Part shown: piece after piece, positions 9,340 through 17,483 of the stretch
Layout of the letters: the number at the start of each line of letters is the position of its first letter
Numbering within the stretch: position 1 is the first letter of the stretch
Origin: Candidatus Aminicenantes bacterium UBA2190
GTDB lineage: Bacteria > Acidobacteriota > Aminicenantia > UBA2199
DNA length: 64,000 nt
NCBI GenBank assembly: GCA_002335385.1
Contig: DCVK01000061.1
Coordinates: forward strand, 4,370 to 68,369
Reading direction: 5' to 3'
The notes under the pieces: generated by a model
Told to the model about the DNA's origin: nothing
Databases searched by the model: none
The model's input: only the letters and a program-made list of their open reading frames with translations
Translations under genes and position numbers: made by a program

Positions 9340-10524
9340 ATGGCGCGCGAACTGCTTTTCCAGACCGAAAGCGGGGCATCGGGAGACATGATCCTGGCCG
9401 CCCTCATCGACCTGCTCGACGCCGGCGCCGAATTCAAGACGACGTTCGAGGCCATCGGCCTTGACGTCACGATCTCGATCGCCGACACGGAGAAGAGCCA
9501 TCTGCGCTGCAAGCAGGTCACGATCGAGGCGCCGCCGGCGGCCCACGCCGTCACCTGGACCGAGATCGAGGCGTTCATCGCCGAAGTCCCCCTTTCGGCA
9601 AAGGTCCGCCACGACGCCGGGCTCATCTTCAAGACCATCTTCGCGGCCGAGGCCGCCGTCCATGGGCAGGAGCTGAAGAACGTCCACCTGCACGAGGTCG
9701 GCGCCGACGATTCGCTGGTCGACATCCTGGGATTCTGCTGGCTGTGGGAGAAGCTGGAGCGCTGCCCGATCATTTTCACCACCCTGGTCACCGGCTTCGG
9801 CAGCGTGCGCACCCGTCACGGCCTGCTGCCGGTGCCGCCGCCGGCGGTGCTGCACATGGTCCAGGGCCTCGCCTGTCGCGCCGGCGACATCGAGGACGAA
9901 CGGCTGACCCCGACCGCGGCAGCGATCCTGACCACGTTCGGACGCCAGGCCCCCTCGCGCGGCAGCGCCCGCCCCTTGCGGGCCGGCTACGGCTGCGGCC
10001 ACAAGTCGTTCGCCGCGGCGCCCAACCTGCTGCGGGCCATTCTGGAAGAAAAGGAGGATGCCCGGTCCGACGCCGGCGTCTGGGTGCTGGAGAGCTTTCT
10101 CGACGACATCAGCCCCGAGCTGCTCGCCCATGCCTCCGAGCGCATCGTCCAGGCCGGGGCCCTGGACATCTTTATCGCCCCGGGCCAGATGAAGAAGGGG
10201 CGGCCGGGTTTCCAGCTGACCGTCCTGTGCCCCGATGAGGCGCATGAGATGGTCAGCGCCGCCATCTTCGCCGAAAGCACGGCCATCGGCCTGCGTCAGC
10301 GCTTCTCCGACCGCGTGGTCCTGACGCGCGAGACGCGCTCGCTGCGGGTGGCCGGACGCGAGGTGCGGCTGAAATCCGCGTTGTTCCAGGGCCGCGCCAT
10401 GAACGTCAAACCCGAGTTCGACGATGTCCGCCGCCTCGCCGCCGAGCTGGGCATTCCGGCCAAGGAGGCCATGCGCCTGGTATGGGGAGTCATTCATGAA
10501 GAAAATGGACCTGGAAAAGATTAA
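9340..10524 (+). CDS. larC: LarC family nickel insertion protein (DUF111)
   Basis: 394-aa ORF with an N-terminus of ESGASGDMILAALIDL and HLHEVGADDSLVDI motifs characteristic of LarC. Confidence 0.85.
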   Translation: MARELLFQTESGASGDMILAALIDLLDAGAEFKTTFEAIGLDVTISIADTEKSHLRCKQVTIEAPPAAHAVTWTEIEAFIAEVPLSAKVRHDAGLIFKTIFAAEAAVHGQELKNVHLHEVGADDSLVDILGFCWLWEKLERCPIIFTTLVTGFGSVRTRHGLLPVPPPAVLHMVQGLACRAGDIEDERLTPTAAAILTTFGRQAPSRGSARPLRAGYGCGHKSFAAAPNLLRAILEEKEDARSDAGVWVLESFLDDISPELLAHASERIVQAGALDIFIAPGQMKKGRPGFQLTVLCPDEAHEMVSAAIFAESTAIGLRQRFSDRVVLTRETRSLRVAGREVRLKSALFQGRAMNVKPEFDDVRRLAAELGIPAKEAMRLVWGVIHEENGPGKD

Positions 10525-11074
10525 GCGCGGCGTCACGTTGATCCTGGAGGGCATCGGCGAGGACTCCGCCTCGGAGCGGCTGCAGGAGACGCCGCGCCGG
10601 GCGGCGGCCATGTTCGCCGAAGTCCTGTCGGGCACGGGCCAGGAGCCGGCCGACTTCCTTAAGTGCCTGACCGAGGAAAAGCACGATGAGATGGTCATCC
10701 TCAAGGACATCCCCATCTATTCCATGTGCGAGCACCACCTGCTTCCCTTCTCGGGCAAGGCCAGCATCGCCTATATCCCCAAGAAAGGGCGCATCATCGG
10801 GCTGAACAACCTGGGCTACCTGGTCGATTACCTGGCCCGGCGCCTGCAGCTGCAGGAGCGCCTGACCAAGCAGATCGCCGACTATCTGGTGCAGGCCCTC
10901 GACCCCATGGGGGTGATGGTGGTGATCAAGGCCGAGCACCTGTGCATGACCATGCGCGGAGTGAAGAAGCCGGGATCGCTGACCATCACCTCGGCCGTGC
11001 GCGGGGTGTTCCGCGAAAACCTCGGCCCGCGCCAGGAGGCCATGTCGCTGCTGATGAACCCGGAGAGCCGCTGA
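10496..11074 (+). CDS. folE: GTP cyclohydrolase I (type 1)
   Basis: ETPRRAAAMF, SMCEHHLLPF and HLCMTMRGV motifs are present. The start is taken as MKKMDLEK at 10496, which overlaps the larC 3' end by 29 nt. Confidence 0.92.
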   Translation: MKKMDLEKIKRGVTLILEGIGEDSASERLQETPRRAAAMFAEVLSGTGQEPADFLKCLTEEKHDEMVILKDIPIYSMCEHHLLPFSGKASIAYIPKKGRIIGLNNLGYLVDYLARRLQLQERLTKQIADYLVQALDPMGVMVVIKAEHLCMTMRGVKKPGSLTITSAVRGVFRENLGPRQEAMSLLMNPESR

Positions 11075-11103
11075 GCCGGCATTCAATAAAAGGAGGAGGC
11101 AAC

Positions 11104-11667
11104 ATGACCGAAGTCAAAGGCGTGGTCATCGCATCGACCCCCAAGATGATCCTGGACAAATTCGGCCAGTACGGGTTGAAGAAGTGGCTGGAGCTGATCT
11201 CGCCCGCCGCCCGCAGGGTCTATTCGTCCGAAGTCAACCCCGAGGCCTGGTTCCCGCTGAAGGAGATGCTGATCGAGCCCATGGCCAACATCGCCCAGCT
11301 CTTCTACGACTGGGACCTGAAGAAGGCCGCCTGGGACTTCGGCCGCATGAGCGCCGACAACCGCTTCCATGGCCTGCTCAAGCTGCTGGTCAAGATCCCC
11401 AAGACCAACACCCTGGTGGAAAAGGCCGGCGAGTACCTGGGTTCCTATTACCGCCCCTGCACCATCACCGTGCCCATCAGCGACACGAACTACTGCCTGC
11501 TGCGCATCAGCCACTTCCCGGAGATGGACAAGACCACTGAGTTCCGCATCTGCGGCTGGATCGAGCGCTCCCTGGAGATCTCCGGCGGCAAGAACGTGAA
11601 AGTGGAGATCATCAAGTCGCTGACGAATCTTCAGCCCATCTCGGAGTACGAGCTGCGCTGGGGCTAG
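11104..11667 (+). CDS. Hypothetical protein (187 aa)
   Basis: An AGGAGGAGG RBS lies 5 nt before ATG 11104. The codon usage looks coding and I recognise no motif. The long N-terminal extension in the track (from 10726) overlaps folE in another frame and is rejected. Confidence 0.6.
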   Translation: MTEVKGVVIASTPKMILDKFGQYGLKKWLELISPAARRVYSSEVNPEAWFPLKEMLIEPMANIAQLFYDWDLKKAAWDFGRMSADNRFHGLLKLLVKIPKTNTLVEKAGEYLGSYYRPCTITVPISDTNYCLLRISHFPEMDKTTEFRICGWIERSLEISGGKNVKVEIIKSLTNLQPISEYELRWG

Positions 11668-11680
11668 GGCTTGCAGCAAT

Positions 11681-11945
11681 CGGTTTGCGGTTGACGGTGC
11701 ACGGTGTAGGGCAAGAAAAGAAAGCAATAATAAGAATTAACCGCCAAATCCCAAATTCCAATGACCCAATCCCCTAGCGGGGACTTTGACCCAAACGAAG
11801 AGAATGCCCATTTCAAGGGGCTTTCGTTTGGGAAATTGGAATTTGGAGCTTGGAATTTATTTGGAATTTGGTGCTTGAGATTTGGAATTCAAGTCTTACG
11901 ATTGCCTCTTCTCTTCCCGTCAACCGTCAACCGTTTACCGTATGC
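11681..11945. repeat. Nested heptad-periodic palindromic element (locus C)
   Basis: The outer arms are CGGTnnn x4 (11681-11708) and CCGTnnn x4 (11917-11944). The inner arms are CCAAnnn x4 (11744-11771) and a TTGGnnn array (11830-11890). The centre is a perfect 10-bp stem, 11790-11799 with 11823-11832. Confidence 0.8.
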
Positions 11946-11962
11946 CGAGTTCGCAGCGGCGC

Positions 11963-13651
11963 CTAGAAGCAGCGCAGGGCAAACGGCATGGCCATGGCCG
12001 GGAAGAAGTGCTGGTAGGCCTGCAGCCGCGCCCTGGCGTCCAGCGGGTTCTGCGCCTTGACATCGGTCATCGCGAAGATCATCTCGAAGAACGATTTCTT
12101 CTGCGGGTAAACGCGCACGCCGAACCTCTCGCTGGCCGGGATGCGGGCCAGCTTTCTGGCCTCCTCCAAGGCGTCGCTCAATCCCCCCAGGCCGTCAATT
12201 AGTCGCAGCGTCAGCGCCGCGCGCCCGCTCCATACGCGGCCGCGCGCGATCCGGTCCACATCCTTGGCCTCCATCTTGCGGTTGCGCGCCACCTTGCTCA
12301 GGAAATCGTCGTAAATGCGCTGCATGTCGCCGAGGACCTTCTCTTTTTCCCGCTCGTTGAAGGGCCGGTAATCGGAGTACATGCCGGCGAATTCCGAGGT
12401 CGAGAGGATCTCCTTGCTGATCCCGATCTTGTCGTACAGCCCCTTGAGCACGAACTTGCCGGAGATGACGCCGATCGAGGCGGTGATGGTCTCGGGGTGG
12501 GCGAAGATCTTGTGGGCCGAGAGCGATATCCAGTACCCACCGGAAGCGGCCAAGTCGGACATGGAAATGACCAGGGGTTTCTTCTGGGACAGCAGCTCGG
12601 CTTCGCGCAGGATGACGTCGGAGGCGACGGCCGAGCCGCCGGGGCTGTCGACCCGCAGCACCACCGCCTTGACCGACGAATTGTTCCGGACCTGGCGCAG
12701 CTGCTCGGCCAGGGTATCGGCGCCCAGGACGTCGCCGCCGAACAGCGAGTCGCCGCCGCTGCGCCCCATATTGATCTCGCCGGAGGCGAAGATGACGGCG
12801 ATCTTCTTGGAACCGCTGAACGGCAGCGGCGAGCGGGTCTTGGCGTAGGTGCGGAATTTCACTTCGGGATAGGTGGCCGGCATCAGCTTGAACAGGTCGT
12901 CCTCGTAGCCCAGGGAATCGACCAGCTTGGCCTTGACGTATTCCTCCTGGGGCTGCGGCGAGCGGTCGAGGAGTTCCTTGACCTTCGCCGCGTCCAGCTT
13001 GCGGTTGACGGCGATGCCCTCGATGACCGCCTGATAGAGGTCATCGATGAGCGCCTGGGTGGATTCGCGGTGAGCCGGGGTCATGCGCTCCTCGGTGAAC
13101 GTATTGCTCGCGGTCTTGTAGTCGCCGATATGATAGACATCGGCCTGCACCCCCAGCTTGGAGAGGGTATTCTTCAGGAAGAGGGCCTCGGCGCCGATGC
13201 CGCTGATCGAGAGGGCGCCGCCCTTGAACATGACGACCTTGTCGGCGAAGGAGGCAAGGTAATATTCTTTCAAGCCGCCGTCGATGATGAATGCCGCCAC
13301 CGGCTTCTTGCTGGCGGCGAATCTCTCGAGCAGGCGTCCGATCTCCTCGATCTTGGCGAAGCCGGCGTCCAGGTACTGGATGCGCAACAGTACGCCGCGA
13401 ATGCGCTCGTCGCGCGCGGCCCGCTCCAGGTGGAACCACAGATCGTGGATGGAAATCCCGGAACCGGTCATGGCCGGGAAACGCGAATGCGTGGTCTCGC
13501 TGATGGTGCCCCCCAGGTCGATCTTCAGGTAGGCCTTCTGGGGAACAAAGGGCTCCTGGGTGAACTGCAGGTAGATGAACCCGCCCACGATGAAAAGACC
13601 CAGCAGGATGACAATGATCACCAACAGGGCGATCAGCGCGCCTCGTTTCAT
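11963..13651 (-). CDS. sppA: Signal peptide peptidase SppA, 67K type
   Basis: Two S49 peptidase repeats (DSPGGSAVASD, ASGGYWIS) and an N-terminal TM segment. The start is taken as MKRGALI (13651), which is preceded by AAGGAG. Confidence 0.88.
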   Translation of the reverse strand: MKRGALIALLVIIVILLGLFIVGGFIYLQFTQEPFVPQKAYLKIDLGGTISETTHSRFPAMTGSGISIHDLWFHLERAARDERIRGVLLRIQYLDAGFAKIEEIGRLLERFAASKKPVAAFIIDGGLKEYYLASFADKVVMFKGGALSISGIGAEALFLKNTLSKLGVQADVYHIGDYKTASNTFTEERMTPAHRESTQALIDDLYQAVIEGIAVNRKLDAAKVKELLDRSPQPQEEYVKAKLVDSLGYEDDLFKLMPATYPEVKFRTYAKTRSPLPFSGSKKIAVIFASGEINMGRSGGDSLFGGDVLGADTLAEQLRQVRNNSSVKAVVLRVDSPGGSAVASDVILREAELLSQKKPLVISMSDLAASGGYWISLSAHKIFAHPETITASIGVISGKFVLKGLYDKIGISKEILSTSEFAGMYSDYRPFNEREKEKVLGDMQRIYDDFLSKVARNRKMEAKDVDRIARGRVWSGRAALTLRLIDGLGGLSDALEEARKLARIPASERFGVRVYPQKKSFFEMIFAMTDVKAQNPLDARARLQAYQHFFPAMAMPFALRCF

Positions 13652-13738
13652 ATTGAATCTCCTTGGCTCCATGCGATTGGACAGGCTATTATACTGAATT
13701 TCGCCCTGAAAAGTTTAATTTCCCTTGCTTCTCGCGGG

Positions 13739-13849
13739 AAAAAAGTGATCGTGACAGCGGTCGTCACAGCAACGCAGCGATTGATCGCCTTTAACGGGTC
13801 GGGAAATTGCGTTTTTCGATGCGTGCAAGGTTTTGCCGCCACGATCACT
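13739..13849 (-). terminator. Long stem-loop closed by a 10-bp helix and followed by a T-run (3' of the EamA gene)
   Basis: On the minus strand, AGTGATCGTG (13849-13840) pairs with CACGATCACT (13753-13744) and is followed by TTTTT. The enclosed 86 nt is far larger than a normal terminator loop. Confidence 0.35.
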
Positions 13850-13863
13850 GCTGCCGCCATGGA

Positions 13864-14712
13864 TCATTTCGCTGGGGAACGGGCATTCAGGTAAAGGGCC
13901 AAAAGAACGGCACTGCCGCCGCCGGCCAGGCGCAGCAGATCGGCGGACTCCCGAAAAAACAGCAGCGAGACGGCCACAGCGAGAGGCACCTTGAGGTTGT
14001 TCATCACGGCCAGCGTCCCGGCGGAAACGCGGGAAGAGCCGATATTCCATAGGAAAAAGCCCATCCCTGAAGCCAGCAACCCGAGGTAGAGCAGGACCAG
14101 GCTCTGGCCGCTGTCCAGCCGCAATTCGAGCGCTCCCGGTGACAGGAACATGGCCAGCGCCGCTGCCGCCGCGCCGCCCAGGTACAGCCAGGCAAAGACG
14201 TCGCGGTCCCTCCATTCGCGGCCGGGGCCGGCAAGCCGGCGGTACCAGACCTGTCCGACGGCAAAACAGGCGTTGGATGCCTGAACCAGCAGAAAGCCCG
14301 CCAGCAGACCGCTCCTCCCCCACCCCGAGTACACGATCACGGCGGTGCCGGCCACGGCCAGCAGCGAGGTCCAAAGGTGCAGCGGCCGGAAGCGGCGCTC
14401 CAGAAGGTCGTCGAATACCGCCACGTACAGCGGGGTGAAGACGGTGAACAGGGCGACCTGGTGGGCGGCCAGGAAATGGAACGACTGGATGTAGAAAACG
14501 TACATCAGCCCGAACTCGACCATGCCGATGCCGAACAAACGCCATGGCAAAGGACCTGGAGACCGGCGCGGACGCCACAGCGGCAGGAACAGCAGCAGGG
14601 CCAGGGCCAGACGGGCGAAGGCGACGAAGGCGGCATCGACGCCACCCAGGTATTTCTTCACCAGCCCGAACGAGAACGCCCAGATGAACGACGTGATGAG
14701 CAGCGGCGCCAT
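13864..14712 (-). CDS. EamA/DMT family transporter
   Basis: About 10 TM segments with two EamA-like halves. The start is moved to MAPLLITSFIWAFSF (14712) because TATAGT sits exactly 6 nt upstream of it. Confidence 0.75.
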   Translation of the reverse strand: MAPLLITSFIWAFSFGLVKKYLGGVDAAFVAFARLALALLLFLPLWRPRRSPGPLPWRLFGIGMVEFGLMYVFYIQSFHFLAAHQVALFTVFTPLYVAVFDDLLERRFRPLHLWTSLLAVAGTAVIVYSGWGRSGLLAGFLLVQASNACFAVGQVWYRRLAGPGREWRDRDVFAWLYLGGAAAAALAMFLSPGALELRLDSGQSLVLLYLGLLASGMGFFLWNIGSSRVSAGTLAVMNNLKVPLAVAVSLLFFRESADLLRLAGGGSAVLLALYLNARSPAK

Positions 14713-14718
14713 GGCCAG

Positions 14719-14747
14719 ACTATAGCACAAAGTGAATTTCCTGACAC
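14719..14747 (-). promoter_or_regulatory. Sigma-70-like promoter GTGTCA-17-TATAGT, 6 nt upstream of ATG 14712 (leaderless geometry)
   Basis: The minus strand reads GTGTCA (14747-14742), a 17-nt spacer, TATAGT (14724-14719), ctggcc, then ATG. Confidence 0.4.
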
Positions 14748-14846
14748 GTGACGCGCCGCGTTCGCCGCCGACTTGCAATTCACTTCACGATGGACTATAT
14801 TTTGATTTGACCTTTAACGATTCAAGCCATCGACAAGGAGGATGCC

Positions 14847-16082
14847 GTGATCAATTACGAGCCGTTTTTTTCGAATAACGCCAAGGGCATGAAACGTTCC
14901 GAGATCCGCGAGCTGCTGAAGCTCACCGCCAGGCCGGGTATCATCTCTTTTGCCGGCGGCCTGCCCGCCCCCGACCTTTTCCCGGTCGAGGAGATCAAGG
15001 AGATGTCGCGCGTCATCATGGAGCGCGAGGGCAAGACCGCCCTGCAGTACGGCCCCACCGAGGGCGACACCCGCCTGCGCGAGGAACTGGCCAAGATGAT
15101 GCAGAGGGACGGGGTGAACATCACCAGCAACCACCTGCTGATCGTCACCTCCTCGCAGCAGGGGCTGGACCTGACGGGCAAGATATTCATCGACCCGGGC
15201 GACGTGGTCATGACCAGCCGCCCCACGTATGTCGGCGCCATCCAGGCCTTCCACTCCTACGGGGCGAAGATGATCGGCGTCGAGCAGGACGATGAGGGGA
15301 CGCAGACGGCCCAGCTGGAGGCGGAGATCGAAAAGCTGGCCGCCAAGGGTGTCAAGCCGAAGTTCATCTACGAGATCCCCGACTTCCAGAACCCCTCGGG
15401 CATCACCATGAGCCTGAAGCGCCGCCAGGAGCTCCTGCGCATCGCGGAAAAATACGACCTGGTCATCGTCGAGGACTCCCCCTACCGCCAGCTGCGCTTC
15501 GAGGGCAAGACCGAGCCCTCGCTGCTGGGCATGCACCCGGAGCGGGTCCTCGGCCTCTATACCTTCAGCAAGATCCTGCTGCCCGGCTTCCGTTTGGGCT
15601 GGATGGCCGGCCCCAACGAACTGATCCAGAAAGCGGTGACCGCCAAGCAGTCGGTCGACCTGTGCTCGCCCCCCTTCAACCAGGCCATCCTCTATGAATA
15701 CCTGAGCCGCGGGCTGCTGGAGAAGCAGATCGAGGTCATCATCAAGGCCTACCGGGAAAAGCGCGACTTCATGCTGGCCATGCTCGGCAAATACATGCCC
15801 AAGCTTCCCGGCCTGACGTGGACCCGGCCCCACGGCGGCCTTTTCCTGTGGGTCACCCTGCCGGAGAGCATGGATACCGCCGAGATGTTCCACAGCGCCA
15901 TCGAAAAGCAGGTAGCCTACGTGGTCGGCACGGCGTTCTATCCCGACGGCGGCGGCCGCAACTCGTTCCGCATGAACTTCTCCTACTCCAGCCAGGCCGA
16001 GATCGAGGAGGGCGTCAAGCGCCTGAGCCAGGTCATTTCCTCCTGGAAGGGCGGCCGCGAGGCGTCGATCATCTCCCCCTGA
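14847..16082 (+). CDS. PLP-dependent aminotransferase, class I/II (2-aminoadipate/aromatic aminotransferase-like)
   Basis: 411-aa ORF with EIRELLKL..GIISFAGGLPAP at the N-terminus and a FSKILLPGFRLGW PLP-lysine region. A GTG start is preceded by AAGGAGGA. Confidence 0.85.
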   Translation: MINYEPFFSNNAKGMKRSEIRELLKLTARPGIISFAGGLPAPDLFPVEEIKEMSRVIMEREGKTALQYGPTEGDTRLREELAKMMQRDGVNITSNHLLIVTSSQQGLDLTGKIFIDPGDVVMTSRPTYVGAIQAFHSYGAKMIGVEQDDEGTQTAQLEAEIEKLAAKGVKPKFIYEIPDFQNPSGITMSLKRRQELLRIAEKYDLVIVEDSPYRQLRFEGKTEPSLLGMHPERVLGLYTFSKILLPGFRLGWMAGPNELIQKAVTAKQSVDLCSPPFNQAILYEYLSRGLLEKQIEVIIKAYREKRDFMLAMLGKYMPKLPGLTWTRPHGGLFLWVTLPESMDTAEMFHSAIEKQVAYVVGTAFYPDGGGRNSFRMNFSYSSQAEIEEGVKRLSQVISSWKGGREASIISP

Positions 16083-16228
16083 GAAAATGGCGCCCGGTGG
16101 ACGGCGGGAAAGAAGCCCCGCACGGGAGTCAAGCCCCCGATTCCCAATCAGTTCCAGCCTGTGAATTCCGCTGTCCCCACCTTGGCGATTCCCCGAAATT
16201 CTCATGGTAATCGTCAATCGCCCTGCTG

Positions 16229-16331
16229 TTTGGACATTGGGTCATTGGTGCTTGGAGCCTGCCGGGAATTTGCAGCTTGGAGCCTGGCGCTGTTCTTTCT
16301 GGCCGGCCGCCGTCAACCGCTGACCGTTTCC
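16229..16331. repeat. Heptad-periodic element, right-half type (locus D)
   Basis: TTGGnnn-type units are followed by CCGTCAA CCGCTGA CCGTTTC and abut the mglA stop. It shares an exact 13-mer (in reverse complement) and a 10-mer with locus C. Confidence 0.65.
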
Positions 16332-16921
16332 TAGCCGATCTTGTTCTTGACCTCGGACATGATCAGCTTGGAGATGGCCTTCAGCGTATCGACCACCCCG
16401 TCGCCGCGGTAAGCGACCGCTTCCAGCACCGGCTCTTCCTTCTTCCTCAGGGCGCTGATCAGCTCGTTGGCCGGCGTGACGTTGGGCAGGTCGCGCTTGT
16501 TCAACTGCAGGACATAGGGGATGGTGGAGAAATCGATCTTGTAGTCGCGCAGGTTCTCCAGCATGTCCTGGATGCTCTCGAGGTTGGCCTCGAAGCGCTC
16601 GGTCTGGGAGTCGGCCACGAAGACCAGGCCGTCCACGCCCTTCAGGATGAGCTTGCGCGAGGCGCTGTAGTAGATCTGACCGGGGACGGTGTACAGGTGG
16701 AAGCGCACCTTGTAGTCCTTGATGGTGCCCAGGTCGAGGGGGAAGAAATCAAAGAACAGCGTGCGCTCGGTTTCGGTGGCCAGGCTGACCAGCTTGCCCT
16801 TGTTGTCCTTCTTGATCTTCTCGTAGATATACTTGATGTTGGTGGTCTTGCCGCTGAGTCCGGGGCCGTAGTAAACGATCTTGAAGTTGATCTCGCGCGT
16901 GGAGTAGTTCAGGAATGACAA
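16331..16921 (-). CDS. mglA: Ras-like small GTPase MglA
   Basis: Near-colinear similarity to Myxococcus MglA: MSFLNYSTREINFKIVYYGPGLSGKTTN..., RFHLYTVPGQ, LQLNKRDLP. Confidence 0.93.
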   Translation of the reverse strand: MSFLNYSTREINFKIVYYGPGLSGKTTNIKYIYEKIKKDNKGKLVSLATETERTLFFDFFPLDLGTIKDYKVRFHLYTVPGQIYYSASRKLILKGVDGLVFVADSQTERFEANLESIQDMLENLRDYKIDFSTIPYVLQLNKRDLPNVTPANELISALRKKEEPVLEAVAYRGDGVVDTLKAISKLIMSEVKNKIG

Positions 16922-16923
16922 GG

Positions 16924-17412
16924 TCAGTCTCCAAATATGCGGTCGATGTCCTCGTCGGACACACCTTCGAACGGCGAACCGACCGGCGCCTTGTCGCTGG
17001 ATTTCAGCTTCTTGTTGATGGTCTGGAACACCTTGACCAGTTCCTCCAGGGCGGCACGCACGCGGAACCGCACCAGGCCGAGGTTGGAAGAGTTGTCAAA
17101 GATGACCACCAGCATGGTGCGGTCGTTGATCAGCGAGATATGCAGGCATTCCTTGGAGGACTCGTTGAGCACGGCGGTGAAGTTCTCGATCTTCAGCATC
17201 TGGGCGATGCTGTTGATGGCGGCCACGCTGCCGGCGATCAGGGAAGAGATGGAGTTGAGGTTGACGTCGTCCATCTCTCCGGAAGAAGCGATGCAATGCC
17301 CCTCCGAGTCGGTGATGAAGACGGCCTTGGAGTTGGTGTTGCCCTTCAGCTTGCGGAGGATCTCCTTGATCAGGACATATTCCTCGTTGTAAATGATGAA
17401 ATTTTCTTGCAT
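16924..17412 (-). CDS. mglB: Roadblock/LC7 domain protein MglB (GAP of MglA)
   Basis: 162-aa ORF lying 2 nt upstream of mglA with a Roadblock/LC7-like core (AVFITDSEGHCIASSG...ISSLIAGSVAA). This is the classic mglBA arrangement. Confidence 0.85.
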   Translation of the reverse strand: MQENFIIYNEEYVLIKEILRKLKGNTNSKAVFITDSEGHCIASSGEMDDVNLNSISSLIAGSVAAINSIAQMLKIENFTAVLNESSKECLHISLINDRTMLVVIFDNSSNLGLVRFRVRAALEELVKVFQTINKKLKSSDKAPVGSPFEGVSDEDIDRIFGD

Positions 17413-17483
17413 GTTATCTTCTTCCCCGCCAATTATAGCATTGCCGGTAAAAAATCACCAACCTCTCCCTGCACCCGCACCTC

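Noticed and set aside
10726-11103. A 126-aa N-terminal extension of the ORF ending at 11667.
   Set aside because: It overlaps folE out of frame. A strong AGGAGGAGG RBS precedes the ATG at 11104.
11761-12060. A 99-aa ORF inside the locus C repeat, along with 11882-12202.
   Set aside because: The reading frame is produced by the heptad arrays, and a 7-nt period gives no consistent codon periodicity. The ORF also runs antisense into sppA.
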